Source: Minisyncoccota bacterium (GTDB lineage: Bacteria; Patescibacteriota; Minisyncoccia; Phycocordibacterales; Zambryskibacteraceae). Taken from it: 64,000 bases of DNA. Below, one piece after another: positions 19,550 to 28,830 of the stretch. The notes under the pieces are model-generated. The model saw only the letters and a list, made by a program, of their open reading frames with translations. It searched no databases and was not told where the DNA came from. Numbering within the stretch: the stretch's first letter is position 1; each line of letters begins with the position of its first letter. A program made the position numbers and the translations under genes. Location: the NCBI GenBank assembly GCA_036517475.1, contig DATDVZ010000007.1, positions 1,706-65,705 on the forward strand, given 5' to 3'.

Positions 19550-19577
19550 ATTCTCTTATTCTCGAGAATAAGAGAAT
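19550..19577. repeat. 28-bp perfect palindrome, copy B (about 45 nt upstream of HD gene)
   Basis: Identical to copy A; shared flanks CACTACAAA (5') and GATTTTGCAAAGATTATCAGCG (3'). Confidence 0.8.
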
Positions 19578-19676
19578 GGATTTTGCAAAGATTATCAGCG
19601 ATACTGGCTCAAGCAACACTAGCCCATTCCGGTTTTCTTAAGAAAACCGGAATTGATTTTAAAATAATCATTCCAG

Positions 19677-20198
19677 TTAATCAGAGGAAACCTCAAGTCT
19701 TCCAGTAATAACATATCCCGCAGATTCTAGTGCTTTCTTTTTATTGGAATTATTAGAAAATGACACTATTGTTTTTGATATATAAAGGTCTCCAAGTACT
19801 TCAACTTCAAACCTATAATCATTTGGATCAGATTCAACAAGTCCGATTTTTTTGAGAGCTTGTGAGGTGCTAATACCTTCAATACGCTTAATTTCCATGG
19901 TCTTTATTTTATTTTCTAAACCAACCCCCCTACCTTCATCACAGTGAGAATAAACTATTACTCCGCCTTTGTTATCTGCAATTGCTTTCATTGCTTTTGT
20001 AAGTTGAAGAGCACAATTACATTGTGTTGAGTGAAACGCCTCGCCAAAAAGACAAGTCGAGTGAATGCGTACAACGGGATTTCCAGCCTCCACATTGCCC
20101 AAGGAAAGTGAAACAAAATCTTTTCCACTAATTTTGTGATAATTGATTTTAAACTGACCGAATTCAGTCTGAATAATTGTCGTGGCTGTAATTGACAT
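19677..20198 (-). CDS. ribA: GTP cyclohydrolase II
   Basis: RIHSTCLFGEAFHSTQCNCALQL matches RxHSECLTGDxxxSxRCDCGxQL zinc/GTP-binding signature. Confidence 0.7.
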   Translation of the reverse strand: MSITATTIIQTEFGQFKINYHKISGKDFVSLSLGNVEAGNPVVRIHSTCLFGEAFHSTQCNCALQLTKAMKAIADNKGGVIVYSHCDEGRGVGLENKIKTMEIKRIEGISTSQALKKIGLVESDPNDYRFEVEVLGDLYISKTIVSFSNNSNKKKALESAGYVITGRLEVSSD

Positions 20199-20219
20199 AA
20201 TTTTAGAAAATGAATTGGA

Positions 20220-20996
20220 TTAATTAATCTGTCTCATCCCCCATTTCACAGTTGTCAGTTTTTCAATTTTCTCAAAAATCAAAAATTCTGCCGCAATGCC
20301 AACCAATGCGATTATAATGATCCCCGCTATTACCTGATCGAACTTGAAAACCCACTGAGAAAGCCAGATGTATTTACCAAGCCCCCCAGCAGTTACAACA
20401 AGCATTTCTGCCCCAACAAGCGATCGCCACGCTGAACCAAAACCGGTGCGCAGTCCGCTTAAGATATTGGGCAAAGAACCCGGTAGAACAACCATCATTA
20501 CTGTTTTAAATGTACTCAATTTAAAATTTTTGGCAGTGAGCCACCAAACCTGGTCAATACTTCTTACTCCACCGATCACACTGTAAATTATTTTTGTAAA
20601 ACTGGATATCGCAACCATCGCCCAGATCGTTTCGCGAGTAAAACCAAAAATAAGAATGAGAAGCGGAAGCCAGGCTAAAGACGGAATAAGATATACGGCA
20701 GATATTATCGGTGAGAACATTTTCCTCACTGTTTCATTTATACCGATAAGGGTTCCCAGAATAACTGCAATTAGAGATGCAAAAACAAAGGCTGGGAAAA
20801 TATTCAATAAACTAATAATAAAAAGTCTTGGCAAAACACCGTTTATCAATAGTTCCCAGAATTTAGGGAAAACCTCACTCGGAGGAGGAAAGAGCATGGT
20901 GAAGAAATTACTTCCGGTAGCTAACAACTGCCATATAATTATTACGGCTATAAAAGGCAGAGCGCCCAGAAGTATATTTTTAGTTTTGTCCGCCAT
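20220..20996 (-). CDS. ABC transporter permease (NitT/TauT family)
   Basis: 258 aa, 6 TM, EAA-like loop; operon with SBP and ATPase. Confidence 0.7.
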   Translation of the reverse strand: MADKTKNILLGALPFIAVIIIWQLLATGSNFFTMLFPPPSEVFPKFWELLINGVLPRLFIISLLNIFPAFVFASLIAVILGTLIGINETVRKMFSPIISAVYLIPSLAWLPLLILIFGFTRETIWAMVAISSFTKIIYSVIGGVRSIDQVWWLTAKNFKLSTFKTVMMVVLPGSLPNILSGLRTGFGSAWRSLVGAEMLVVTAGGLGKYIWLSQWVFKFDQVIAGIIIIALVGIAAEFLIFEKIEKLTTVKWGMRQIN

Positions 20997-21996
20997 AAAT
21001 TTCTTCCTGTAATTTTTTTAATTTGTCTGCAAACCTTAAATCATATATATCTTCCAGAGACAGGTCTTTGTCTATGATTCCCAGTTCTTTAGACTTTTTG
21101 ACCATCTCCATGCCAATTTTAGGGTCCTGCCAAACCGTGTTAATTACTGATGAGTTCCATTCGGACACTATTGTGTCTGGAGAATAGTCTACCGCCCCAT
21201 TGGTTTGTTCAATAATATCTTCCGACACAAGTATCGCTGCGGCGAAAGGATCGTTCTTGATAAGGGCGTGTGCCTCGCCATAAGCGTCAAAGAATTTGTC
21301 TAGCAAATCCTGGTTTTCATTGAGATATGCTGTGGTAACTAGAATTGAAGTTCTGGGTTGTAGTTGTTTGAAATGTTGGCTATTTTCCCATTCTGGTAAA
21401 ACAATCGCGCCTTCCTCAATAAATCTACTTGCATCTTGCGCCCCCACAATAGCAGCATCTGACAATTTTCTTTGCATTAGTGTTGAAACTCGGTAAGGAC
21501 CTTCAATGTCTATAAAGTTTATTTTACTGACATCTATATTATCTTTGTCCATTGCCACTCTAAAAGGGACATCATCTGAACCACCCGGAGAGACCGAGAC
21601 TGTTTTCCCGTATAAATCCCTAAAACTATTGATATTACTATCTGGCCTGACAAATATATATGTTGCAGAAAGAGACATTGGAGTAATAACTCTGGCGGGA
21701 ACTCCGCTTGCAATAATTGGAATAAAATCAACCATTCCGGCAGAACCGATATCAATATGCCCAGAGATCAACGCCAGCCTTACTTCTGCTCCGCCTTTCA
21801 TTGGCACCATCATTACTTCTAGATCGTGTTTTTTGAAATATCCGCCTTCTGAGGCCACCACAATAGCTGAGGAACCCAGACTTTGCGCACTATATCCGAT
21901 TCTAATCTCACTGTTAGTAATTGGCTTATCCTTTAATAATATTGCTCCAATAATTACTATTCCAATAACTACAATTATATATATTGATTTATTCAT
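20980..21996 (-). CDS. ABC transporter substrate-binding protein (NMT1/THI5-like)
   Basis: 338 aa, N-terminal signal/TM, periplasmic-binding-protein type 2 pattern. Confidence 0.55.
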   Translation of the reverse strand: MNKSIYIIVVIGIVIIGAILLKDKPITNSEIRIGYSAQSLGSSAIVVASEGGYFKKHDLEVMMVPMKGGAEVRLALISGHIDIGSAGMVDFIPIIASGVPARVITPMSLSATYIFVRPDSNINSFRDLYGKTVSVSPGGSDDVPFRVAMDKDNIDVSKINFIDIEGPYRVSTLMQRKLSDAAIVGAQDASRFIEEGAIVLPEWENSQHFKQLQPRTSILVTTAYLNENQDLLDKFFDAYGEAHALIKNDPFAAAILVSEDIIEQTNGAVDYSPDTIVSEWNSSVINTVWQDPKIGMEMVKKSKELGIIDKDLSLEDIYDLRFADKLKKLQEEIYGGQN

Positions 21997-22808
21997 ATTT
22001 TTTTAATTTGGGTTTCTAAAATCTGACCCAATACCTGCCTGTCGCTCAAATCACTATTAAGCGCCAGGTCAAACTCCAAAGCGATTTCTTTTTCGATGTC
22101 TTTGGCGATAGCGACAAACCCAGAGCTTCTTGGATCGCGTGGACGTGGCAGATCTATTTTATAAGTTTTTCTTATTTTTGCTGGCAAATTTGAGAAAAGG
22201 TAAATCCGATCAGCCAGGGTCAGAGCTTCATTGACGCTGTGAGTCACAAAAATTATTGTTTTTTTTGTTTCCTGCCAGATTTTTTCAAGATTTGATCTCA
22301 TATACTTCCTATACTCAGGATCAAGTGCAGAAAATGGTTCATCCAGAAGAAGGATTTTAGGGTTTGAAATAAGAGATCTAGCAATTATCACTTTTTGTCT
22401 CATGCCCCCAGAAAGCTTGTGCGGGTACCAATCTTTATATTTCTCGAGTCCCACCAGATTCAGATACTTCAAGACCATTTTATTTTTCTCTGCCGATAGT
22501 AGGTTTGAGTTCTCTAAGCCAAAAACAATATTTCCATGGACAGTTCTCCATGGAAATAGTGATGAGTCTTGAAATATCATCATTTTATCTGTATCTGGAC
22601 CAATGACTTTCTGCCCACCAAGAGTAATCTCACCCGAAGTCGGCTCAAGAAAACCTGCTATAAGATATAAAAACACAGTCTTACCAGAGCCACTCGGACC
22701 AAGTATGCAAACAAATTCACCCATCTCAACCTCCATACTTATCTGATCAATAACATGGTGTTGATTAGAGTCCTCAAAAACCTTACTTAGGTCTTTAACT
22801 TTCAACAT
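21993..22808 (-). CDS. ABC transporter ATP-binding protein
   Basis: Walker A GPSGSGKT, signature LSGGMRQKV, Walker B LLLDEPFSALD. Confidence 0.8.
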   Translation of the reverse strand: MLKVKDLSKVFEDSNQHHVIDQISMEVEMGEFVCILGPSGSGKTVFLYLIAGFLEPTSGEITLGGQKVIGPDTDKMMIFQDSSLFPWRTVHGNIVFGLENSNLLSAEKNKMVLKYLNLVGLEKYKDWYPHKLSGGMRQKVIIARSLISNPKILLLDEPFSALDPEYRKYMRSNLEKIWQETKKTIIFVTHSVNEALTLADRIYLFSNLPAKIRKTYKIDLPRPRDPRSSGFVAIAKDIEKEIALEFDLALNSDLSDRQVLGQILETQIKKI

Positions 22809-22845
22809 TATTTTAGTCTTTCAGAACTAGTAACTATGTCAAGTA

Positions 22846-23322
22846 TTAATCCAGATTAAAATGTTTTGAAAAATCTTCTTTTTCCCAAGGAAAAACAATT
22901 TTCTCATCATCTTCACTCAAAACGTAAAAATCAGGAAGCTTTTGGCATTTATTTTTATTAGTAGCAAGAGTGGCTGTTTTAATTTCAGATGGTTCATATT
23001 TTTTTACAATAATCTCTGCGACTGTTTTAAGAGTGAAACCTGTGCTTGAGATTTCATCAACTAACAATAATTTTTTGTTTTTTAAGTTGATATCAGGTAG
23101 GTAAGTAATTTTTATTTCTTTTTTATTGTCCTTTTCCATTAATTTTGATGAAACAATCAACACATTACTTATGCCGATCTTCTTTGATAAGAAATATAGA
23201 GGTATTAGCCCACCTGTTGCAAGACCAACTATGTAATCGGGGTTAAAATCACTTGTCTTGATTACTGAAGCCAACGAGTTAGCAGCGACTTCAACTTCTT
23301 CCCATGTAATTTTTCTAACCAT
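22846..23322 (-). CDS. type I phosphoribosyltransferase (purine PRTase-like)
   Basis: PRPP-binding motif LLLVDEISSTGFTLK. Confidence 0.6.
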   Translation of the reverse strand: MVRKITWEEVEVAANSLASVIKTSDFNPDYIVGLATGGLIPLYFLSKKIGISNVLIVSSKLMEKDNKKEIKITYLPDINLKNKKLLLVDEISSTGFTLKTVAEIIVKKYEPSEIKTATLATNKNKCQKLPDFYVLSEDDEKIVFPWEKEDFSKHFNLD

Positions 23323-23346
23323 AGATCAATCAATAAATCATTAATA

Positions 23347-23811
23347 CTAGAAATTTCCTACTTTATTAATTTTATATTCAATAATATTTCCATTATCTAA
23401 TAGGAATTCTCCCTTGAAGCAAGTGTTATCAATAACATACTGCAACCAGAGCCTGTCAGTTGACCACATTTGATTAAATGGTATCTCAGCAAATTTAAAC
23501 CATTTGGGTTTCATCTCGTCAGTTTCCATCGGGGTACCGCTAAAATCTTCAATCTTAAATATGTGGGTTTCAATTTTCTTTTGCTCATCCTGAGAAAAAG
23601 AAAAATTTAAAACACCGATTTTTTTTAGTTTGTTTGGAATTACTTTGCTTTCTTCAACTACTTCACGTATCGCAGCATCTTCGATCATTTCATTGCCTTC
23701 AACTTTGCCACCAAACCCATTCCATTTCCCTACTCCTGAACCTCTTTTTTTCAGCCCAAGTAAGATAGAATGTTCATTAGATAGAAACGAGAGAGTCATG
23801 ACTTTTTTCAT
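23347..23811 (-). CDS. Nudix hydrolase, MutT-like
   Basis: Nudix box GGKVEGNEMIEDAAIREVVEESKV. Confidence 0.65.
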   Translation of the reverse strand: MKKVMTLSFLSNEHSILLGLKKRGSGVGKWNGFGGKVEGNEMIEDAAIREVVEESKVIPNKLKKIGVLNFSFSQDEQKKIETHIFKIEDFSGTPMETDEMKPKWFKFAEIPFNQMWSTDRLWLQYVIDNTCFKGEFLLDNGNIIEYKINKVGNF

Positions 23812-23901
23812 AAATTTTCAAAAAAACTCTAGCATTTTTAACCCGTCATCGCCACTCTCCATTGCGGACAAGTCTTATTTTTTATACCCCACTACAAATT
23901 T

Positions 23902-23929
23902 ATTCTCTTATTCTCGAGAATACAAGAAT
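23902..23929. repeat. degenerate copy C of the 28-bp palindrome (ATTCTCTTATTCTCGAGAATACAAGAAT)
   Basis: Left arm identical, right arm 2 mismatches; same 5' flank ACTACAAAT; sits between divergent genes 23811(-) and 24082(+). Confidence 0.7.
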
Positions 23930-24081
23930 GGTTTAAATCATCAAAATTGCACTTCATAAAGAATTCATTTTTATACTATGAAATGATTATTATTTTGTTA
24001 TAGTGTTGTCATAATGCGTTAATGTAATCGTCATTATAAAAGTGCGTTATTTAATTATTTATCATTTATAAAATCAAGAAT

Positions 24082-24849
24082 ATGAAAACATATTGGACAG
24101 TGGCAATTGTTGCGGTGGTACTCATCGGAGGATTCTTCCTTCTGAAAAGTAACCCAAGCACCAATGAAAATACTGGGGATAATAACCAAACCAGTACTAC
24201 CACAGGAGAAGGAAGAGTATTTTTTTCAATTACTGACGCGGCCGCCTCAATGGGAAATATTTCAGAAGTCAAAATGACTGTAGGAAGTGTTGAGATGTAT
24301 AACCAGACAAAAGGCTGGGTTTCTGTTTCAACGGCGCCTAAAACTTATAACCTTCTTGAGCTTAAGAGCTCTGGTAAAAATGCATTAGTTGCTAGTTTCA
24401 GGGCGGCGGCGGGTACATATAACCAAGTGCGTTTACGGATTGATAAAGTGGTTGTCAGAACTAAAAATAATACTGAGGAGAATGCTGCCCTTGTTTCTTC
24501 AAGTATGACTCTCAATAGTAGTGTCAGAGTAAATGCTAATGAGGATTCAAGCGTAAATATTGATGTCCTTGCAGACAAATCTCTCTACACCACAACAAAG
24601 GGCGGCTATGTGTTTGCTCCCAATGTTAAAGTTGAGAGCAGAAGTGATGCAAATGTAACAACTAACTCTGACAGTACTGTTATCATAGACGGCGGAACAG
24701 TAGAGAGCTCCGGAACTTATGGAATGAATTTGGAGGGTAATATGATCTTGAATTTTCGACTTGATGTAAATGCTTCCTTTGATGTAACCGGTAATGTTCT
24801 CAAGGTTATTATGGGTACCACGACAACAACAATAGATCTGAAGCTATAA
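24082..24849 (+). CDS. membrane-anchored secreted protein, DUF4382-like
   Basis: N-terminal TM, Thr/Asn-rich linker, beta-rich body resembling DUF4382 lipoproteins; hairpin terminator at 24868-24905. Confidence 0.45.
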   Translation: MKTYWTVAIVAVVLIGGFFLLKSNPSTNENTGDNNQTSTTTGEGRVFFSITDAAASMGNISEVKMTVGSVEMYNQTKGWVSVSTAPKTYNLLELKSSGKNALVASFRAAAGTYNQVRLRIDKVVVRTKNNTEENAALVSSSMTLNSSVRVNANEDSSVNIDVLADKSLYTTTKGGYVFAPNVKVESRSDANVTTNSDSTVIIDGGTVESSGTYGMNLEGNMILNFRLDVNASFDVTGNVLKVIMGTTTTTIDLKL

Positions 24850-24985
24850 CCCGTACTAAATTAATTGACTGATAACAAACAACTTATCCGATATAGCGGA
24901 TAAGTTGTTTTCAAATAACTTGATATTAAAATAATAATCTTTATAATCTTGAACCTGTGTTACATTAATAATATATAAATATTTT

Positions 24986-25186
24986 ATGACATTTAAAATG
25001 ACGTGCTCGTGTGGAGATACAATGAATGTTGAGGCAGAAAATCGAGATGAAGCAGTCGGGAAGTTCAAAGCAATGATGGATGAAGGAGCAATCAAGACTC
25101 ACATGGATGAAAAGCATCCGGGAGAACCCCTGATTTCTGTTGCCGATTGCCACAAAATGATTGAAGAGACAACAGTTGCTGTATAA
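24986..25186 (+). CDS. small DUF1059-like protein
   Basis: 66 aa; MTFKMTCSCGDTMNVEAE..HMDEKHPG resembles DUF1059 small metal-binding proteins; followed by terminator CCCCGCACTCACTGCGGGG+TTTT (25210-25235). Confidence 0.4.
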   Translation: MTFKMTCSCGDTMNVEAENRDEAVGKFKAMMDEGAIKTHMDEKHPGEPLISVADCHKMIEETTVAV

Positions 25187-25272
25187 CCAAACAGTTAAAT
25201 ATCCTTCTCCCCGCACTCACTGCGGGGTTTTCTAGTTAATGAAAAGCCCCACGAACATAAATGTTCGTGGGG

Positions 25273-26250
25273 CTAGGAAACTCCTTCAATGACTCCTCTG
25301 AGTGTATTCTTGAGGTTTTTTACCCAAGTAGAATGATTTTGAAGGTACCAAGCCCGAGCCGCCTGGCCATAGCTTCGCCGCTCGCAGCATGACATTGATA
25401 TCGCCTGATCACAAACTCGCTCAAGATCACGCGAGTCAACAAAATGGGCGACTCCCAGATTTTTTTTTACGCGTCTTTGGACTTTTACTAGAAGTCCCCT
25501 TTCAGGCGCTACGATCTCATTCATCGGTGCTCCATCAGTCGTGATAACAAGAGCACCGCATGATAGTCCTTCAACTATAGCGTGCCCCCATCCTTCTGCT
25601 TCTGAAGGGCAGACGTGAATGCCTGCACTATTTTGCAGTTTTATTACTTCTTCATCAGGAATCCAATTGGAAATGTAGCGGATGTTCGGGGCAACAGGCT
25701 CGTGGAGCGCGTCTTGCCAATCCGGATAAAGCATCCGGTGTACTACCACAAGCTCTGGCCACTCTGGGTGTCTGCACCATATATCTGTGATTTCTTTGGT
25801 GCCTTTTTGTGAGCTACCCCCGGCAATGTGAAGAACCATATTGATAGGTCGCTCCCAGACAGGACTCCCCCAAAGGTGATCTTCAGATGTAAAAGAAACA
25901 TATTCCGAAGGAATTTGCAATTGCCGGAAAATTTCATGAGCGTGTCGGGTTTTACAGAGTACCAGATCAATGTTCCTAAGATCTTGATAATTTGTCCACT
26001 CCTGATTCGGTATCAGGAAATTATGCCTGCTTGTGAGAAGCCAGCGTGATTGAACATGTTCAAGGTGAATGTTCGCCCTAAACGGCGGCTCACGGCTGAG
26101 TTGGTATTTTGCTAAATGCCGCACCCAAATTTTCCAGTCAAATTTCGCTGTATTTGTTACTGCACTACCAAACGGCCCAAGAGCACGCTCAAGAATTTTG
26201 GCATCCCGAGTGAGCCCGCCGCCATTCAAACGGGAAATAAGATGGAGCAT
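25273..26250 (-). CDS. glycosyltransferase family 1 (GT4-like)
   Basis: EGWGHAIVEGLSCGALVITTDGAPMNEIV E-x7-E motif. Confidence 0.65.
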   Translation of the reverse strand: MLHLISRLNGGGLTRDAKILERALGPFGSAVTNTAKFDWKIWVRHLAKYQLSREPPFRANIHLEHVQSRWLLTSRHNFLIPNQEWTNYQDLRNIDLVLCKTRHAHEIFRQLQIPSEYVSFTSEDHLWGSPVWERPINMVLHIAGGSSQKGTKEITDIWCRHPEWPELVVVHRMLYPDWQDALHEPVAPNIRYISNWIPDEEVIKLQNSAGIHVCPSEAEGWGHAIVEGLSCGALVITTDGAPMNEIVAPERGLLVKVQRRVKKNLGVAHFVDSRDLERVCDQAISMSCCERRSYGQAARAWYLQNHSTWVKNLKNTLRGVIEGVS

Positions 26251-26356
26251 TCTGAAACCTCCTGATAAAAACTATTACAATATTCGTTCCAATATTCACA
26301 TTACTGTTTGACCAAAACTTGTCAAACCTTAAGAGCCGACAGAAAAAAAAGTTAAG

Positions 26357-26572
26357 TTAATTGAATTCAAAAAGTTTTGACTCAAAATTTTTGACCCTGT
26401 CTCTCTTGTCTATTTCAATCCCCTCTTTTTTGTAAAGACCCATACGGGATTTGCGATACTTCGCATTTATCCAGATTTTTCCGTTTGAGTAAACAATTCT
26501 ATGAAAGGGAATATTTTTTGCGCCTTCATCATAGGCATCTCCTAAAATTTTCGTAACTTTTCGCGCCATCAT
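26357..26572 (-). CDS. MGMT-family DNA-binding domain protein lacking active-site Cys (alkyltransferase-like, ATL)
   Basis: IPFHRIVYSNGKI...Y aligns with PCHRVV motif of O6-alkylguanine transferases but Cys replaced by Phe. Confidence 0.5.
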   Translation of the reverse strand: MMARKVTKILGDAYDEGAKNIPFHRIVYSNGKIWINAKYRKSRMGLYKKEGIEIDKRDRVKNFESKLFEFN

Positions 26573-26593
26573 GGGATGCCCGCCAGCTGCCCG

Positions 26594-26756
26594 GTTTATT
26601 AGCGACGTAGAGCGAGAGAGGTAAAAAAGTAAACTTTTTTACTTCCGAGCCGAGGAGCTAATATAGGTTTAATACCGCCTGTCTTTGTCGCGCTTTTAGT
26701 GCGAGCGATAGGGAGTTCGGTATTAATTACCTCGGGGCTTTGCCCCGAGGGTCTAT
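26594..26756 (-). repeat. structured GC-rich intergenic repeat, family R, copy 2 (inverted)
   Basis: Reverse complement matches copy 1 over both terminal modules with a divergent central hairpin; 3' end of element lies about 20 nt from ATL gene ATG. Confidence 0.8.
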
Positions 26757-26836
26757 ATCCTGCCATAAGTAGTTACCTTTCCTCTGGGAATTCTTAAAGC
26801 CATTATAAGAACCCTTTCATTAAAACTGAGCATCTT

Positions 26837-27031
26837 CTATTTTTGGTATGGGACAATAAAAATTGCAATGATATAAGCGATAACCCCAGGGACAAAACCG
26901 GTGAAAATCACAACAAGAACCCAAAAGAGGCGTAAAATCGCCGGGTCAATATTAAAATACTGACCCAACCCTCCGCAGATCCCAGCAAATACTCTATTAG
27001 TCTTGCTCCTATAAAGTCGTTTTGTTTCCAT
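26837..27031 (-). CDS. PspC-domain membrane protein
   Basis: VFAGICGGLGQYFNIDPAILRLFWV matches PspC N-terminal domain. Confidence 0.6.
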   Translation of the reverse strand: METKRLYRSKTNRVFAGICGGLGQYFNIDPAILRLFWVLVVIFTGFVPGVIAYIIAIFIVPYQK

Positions 27032-27091
27032 GTTAATTGTTTGATTAGGCTTACTAATAATTACAACGATTTTACCAAATTAAATTTGATT

Positions 27092-27481
27092 TCATTTTTT
27101 ACTTTTTTTATTTCCCTTTTTAGTTTGAGTTTTCTTTTTGCTTTTTTCCTGCTTTTTATAGTTTTTGTATCTTCTTAAAATTTGTTCTATTTCAGATTGC
27201 GTTATTGTCCCGTCATCTATTCTGTCTAAAAAGTACTGAACCTGTCTTTCTTCATCATCCAAAATACCAATATCTTCCTCTAATTCTTCATATTCTTTTT
27301 GTTGATTTTCTCCTGATTCACCACTTTCCTCCATATCAGCAAAAAGATATGCCGCTTCAGCACTGACATCATCGCGCAATGCAGATAAATCCTCTAAACG
27401 ATCTTGGAGAGCTCGAGTAAGCTCCTTTGGATCAGGAGTCTCTTCAAACGGAACGCCCCCTTGTTCAAGTAACCCTTCCAT
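27092..27481 (-). CDS. hypothetical acidic protein with Lys-rich C-terminal tail
   Basis: 129-aa ORF. Confidence 0.4.
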   Translation of the reverse strand: MEGLLEQGGVPFEETPDPKELTRALQDRLEDLSALRDDVSAEAAYLFADMEESGESGENQQKEYEELEEDIGILDDEERQVQYFLDRIDDGTITQSEIEQILRRYKNYKKQEKSKKKTQTKKGNKKSKK

Positions 27482-27605
27482 TATGTAGAAATTATAATCT
27501 ATTTAATAAAATTATATTAGGTCACATTTAAAACTTGACTTAGAGGCAATAAAAATATAAAACATCTTCAGAAATGCACCTAGTCAAAAATTAAAGGAGA
27601 TAAAA

Positions 27606-28487
27606 ATGGAAATGATGCCAAGGACTCTTACTTTGGTCCGTCATGGCGAGTCAGAGAGCAATGCCGTCAAACGCAAAGCAGAGAAAGGCATACATCACCC
27701 GCGCGAGGCTGAGCTTATGAAAGTCCACACTTCGCGCAGGAGGCTCACAGCACGCGGCGTAAGACAAGCAATCAGTGCTGGTGAATGGCTTCAGAATTAT
27801 TTCGCTGAGGAAGCAAAGCATCGTGGAGATTTTGTTTATGAAAGAGTTGTCGGGTATGTCTCACCATATGTGCGGGCGATGGAAACTGCGGGAAACTTAA
27901 ACTTGCCAATAACATGGCGAGCGGACGCTAGGCTTGCAGAGCGCAACTGGGGCGATCTTGATCAGCTCACGTATGAAGAACGCATTGCTAAGTATGCAAC
28001 AATCAAAAACCGCGAGAGTCATGGGATATTCTGGCCGGCTGGCAATGGCGAGACATTGCAGATGCTTGGCACTCGCATGTGGCAGCACTTCGATATGCTC
28101 TGCAGAGAGCATGAAGGCGATGATGTTGTAGAAGTATCTCATGGCGAGACAATCCTCACTCAGCGATTCATGCTGGAGAGATGGTTGCCTGAAGATCTGG
28201 TTCAAATGATGCTTTCGACTGATTCCAAGCTCGCAAAGGAAATTCTCGGCAGAGAAGCTGACTTGCAAAACAAGATTATAAACGGACGAATCATTCAGTA
28301 TACGCGCGAGCGAGAAGACGGTACTTGGGATACCAAATATTGCCGAGTACGGCTTGTGGCGCCATCTGCCCTAGATGATCCAAGAAGGAATCTGGATTGG
28401 AGTGCTATTGTCCGCCGGCAATTCACCACAAATGAATTGCTTGAATATGTTTCTAAATTTCCTCATTTCCTAGAGGAAGTTGCATAA
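27606..28487 (+). CDS. histidine phosphatase family protein (phosphoglycerate mutase-like)
   Basis: LVRHGESESN RHG motif; terminator ACCGCTCTGCGAGCGGT+TTTTTT at 28489-28515. Confidence 0.6.
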   Translation: MEMMPRTLTLVRHGESESNAVKRKAEKGIHHPREAELMKVHTSRRRLTARGVRQAISAGEWLQNYFAEEAKHRGDFVYERVVGYVSPYVRAMETAGNLNLPITWRADARLAERNWGDLDQLTYEERIAKYATIKNRESHGIFWPAGNGETLQMLGTRMWQHFDMLCREHEGDDVVEVSHGETILTQRFMLERWLPEDLVQMMLSTDSKLAKEILGREADLQNKIINGRIIQYTREREDGTWDTKYCRVRLVAPSALDDPRRNLDWSAIVRRQFTTNELLEYVSKFPHFLEEVA

Positions 28488-28516
28488 TACCGCTCTGCGA
28501 GCGGTTTTTTTATTAA

Positions 28517-28737
28517 TAAAAAGAGACCGCCCGAAAGCGGTCTCCAAGTAGTAACCCCCCACAGATATATCCCAGGGCATGCTCCTTGGGACGCCTAGAC
28601 GGTGGCCCGTTGCACAAAGGTGCACTCTTTGTGTTTTCAGGGTGTCAGCCCAACTCCGAAGAGTTGTTAACCTGCTGTGGGGGCCGGCCGCTCGCCACCT
28701 TAGTATTCAAGATGGGGCTTGCCGAATTACTGATCTA
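28517..28737 (-). ncRNA. candidate structured small RNA (unknown family)
   Basis: Minus-strand TTGACA(28770-28765)-16nt-TAATAT(28748-28743) promoter; GC-rich (in AT-rich genome) multi-hairpin body incl. AACTC-UUCG-GAGUU; ends at GAGACCGCCCGAAAGCGGTCTC hairpin (28523-28544) + U-run; no ORF. Confidence 0.4.
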
Positions 28738-28830
28738 AATGCATATTACTTTACTCGCCAATAATGTCAACCATTAAATAATGCAAACTATGATTTGCCC
28801 GTCTCAAGTTATAACTGCGTAGTGTCGTTA

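Noticed and set aside
28548-28737. Assignment of the candidate ncRNA to tmRNA, RNase P RNA or SRP RNA
   Set aside because: Could not find tmRNA tRNA-like 3' end (no T-loop/CCA context), RNase P CR-I/CR-IV motifs (AGGAAAGUCCGGGC, ACAGAANCCGG) or the SRP domain IV GGAAGCAGCC-type loop. Length (about 220 nt) is also wrong for RNase P/tmRNA. Left as unknown family.
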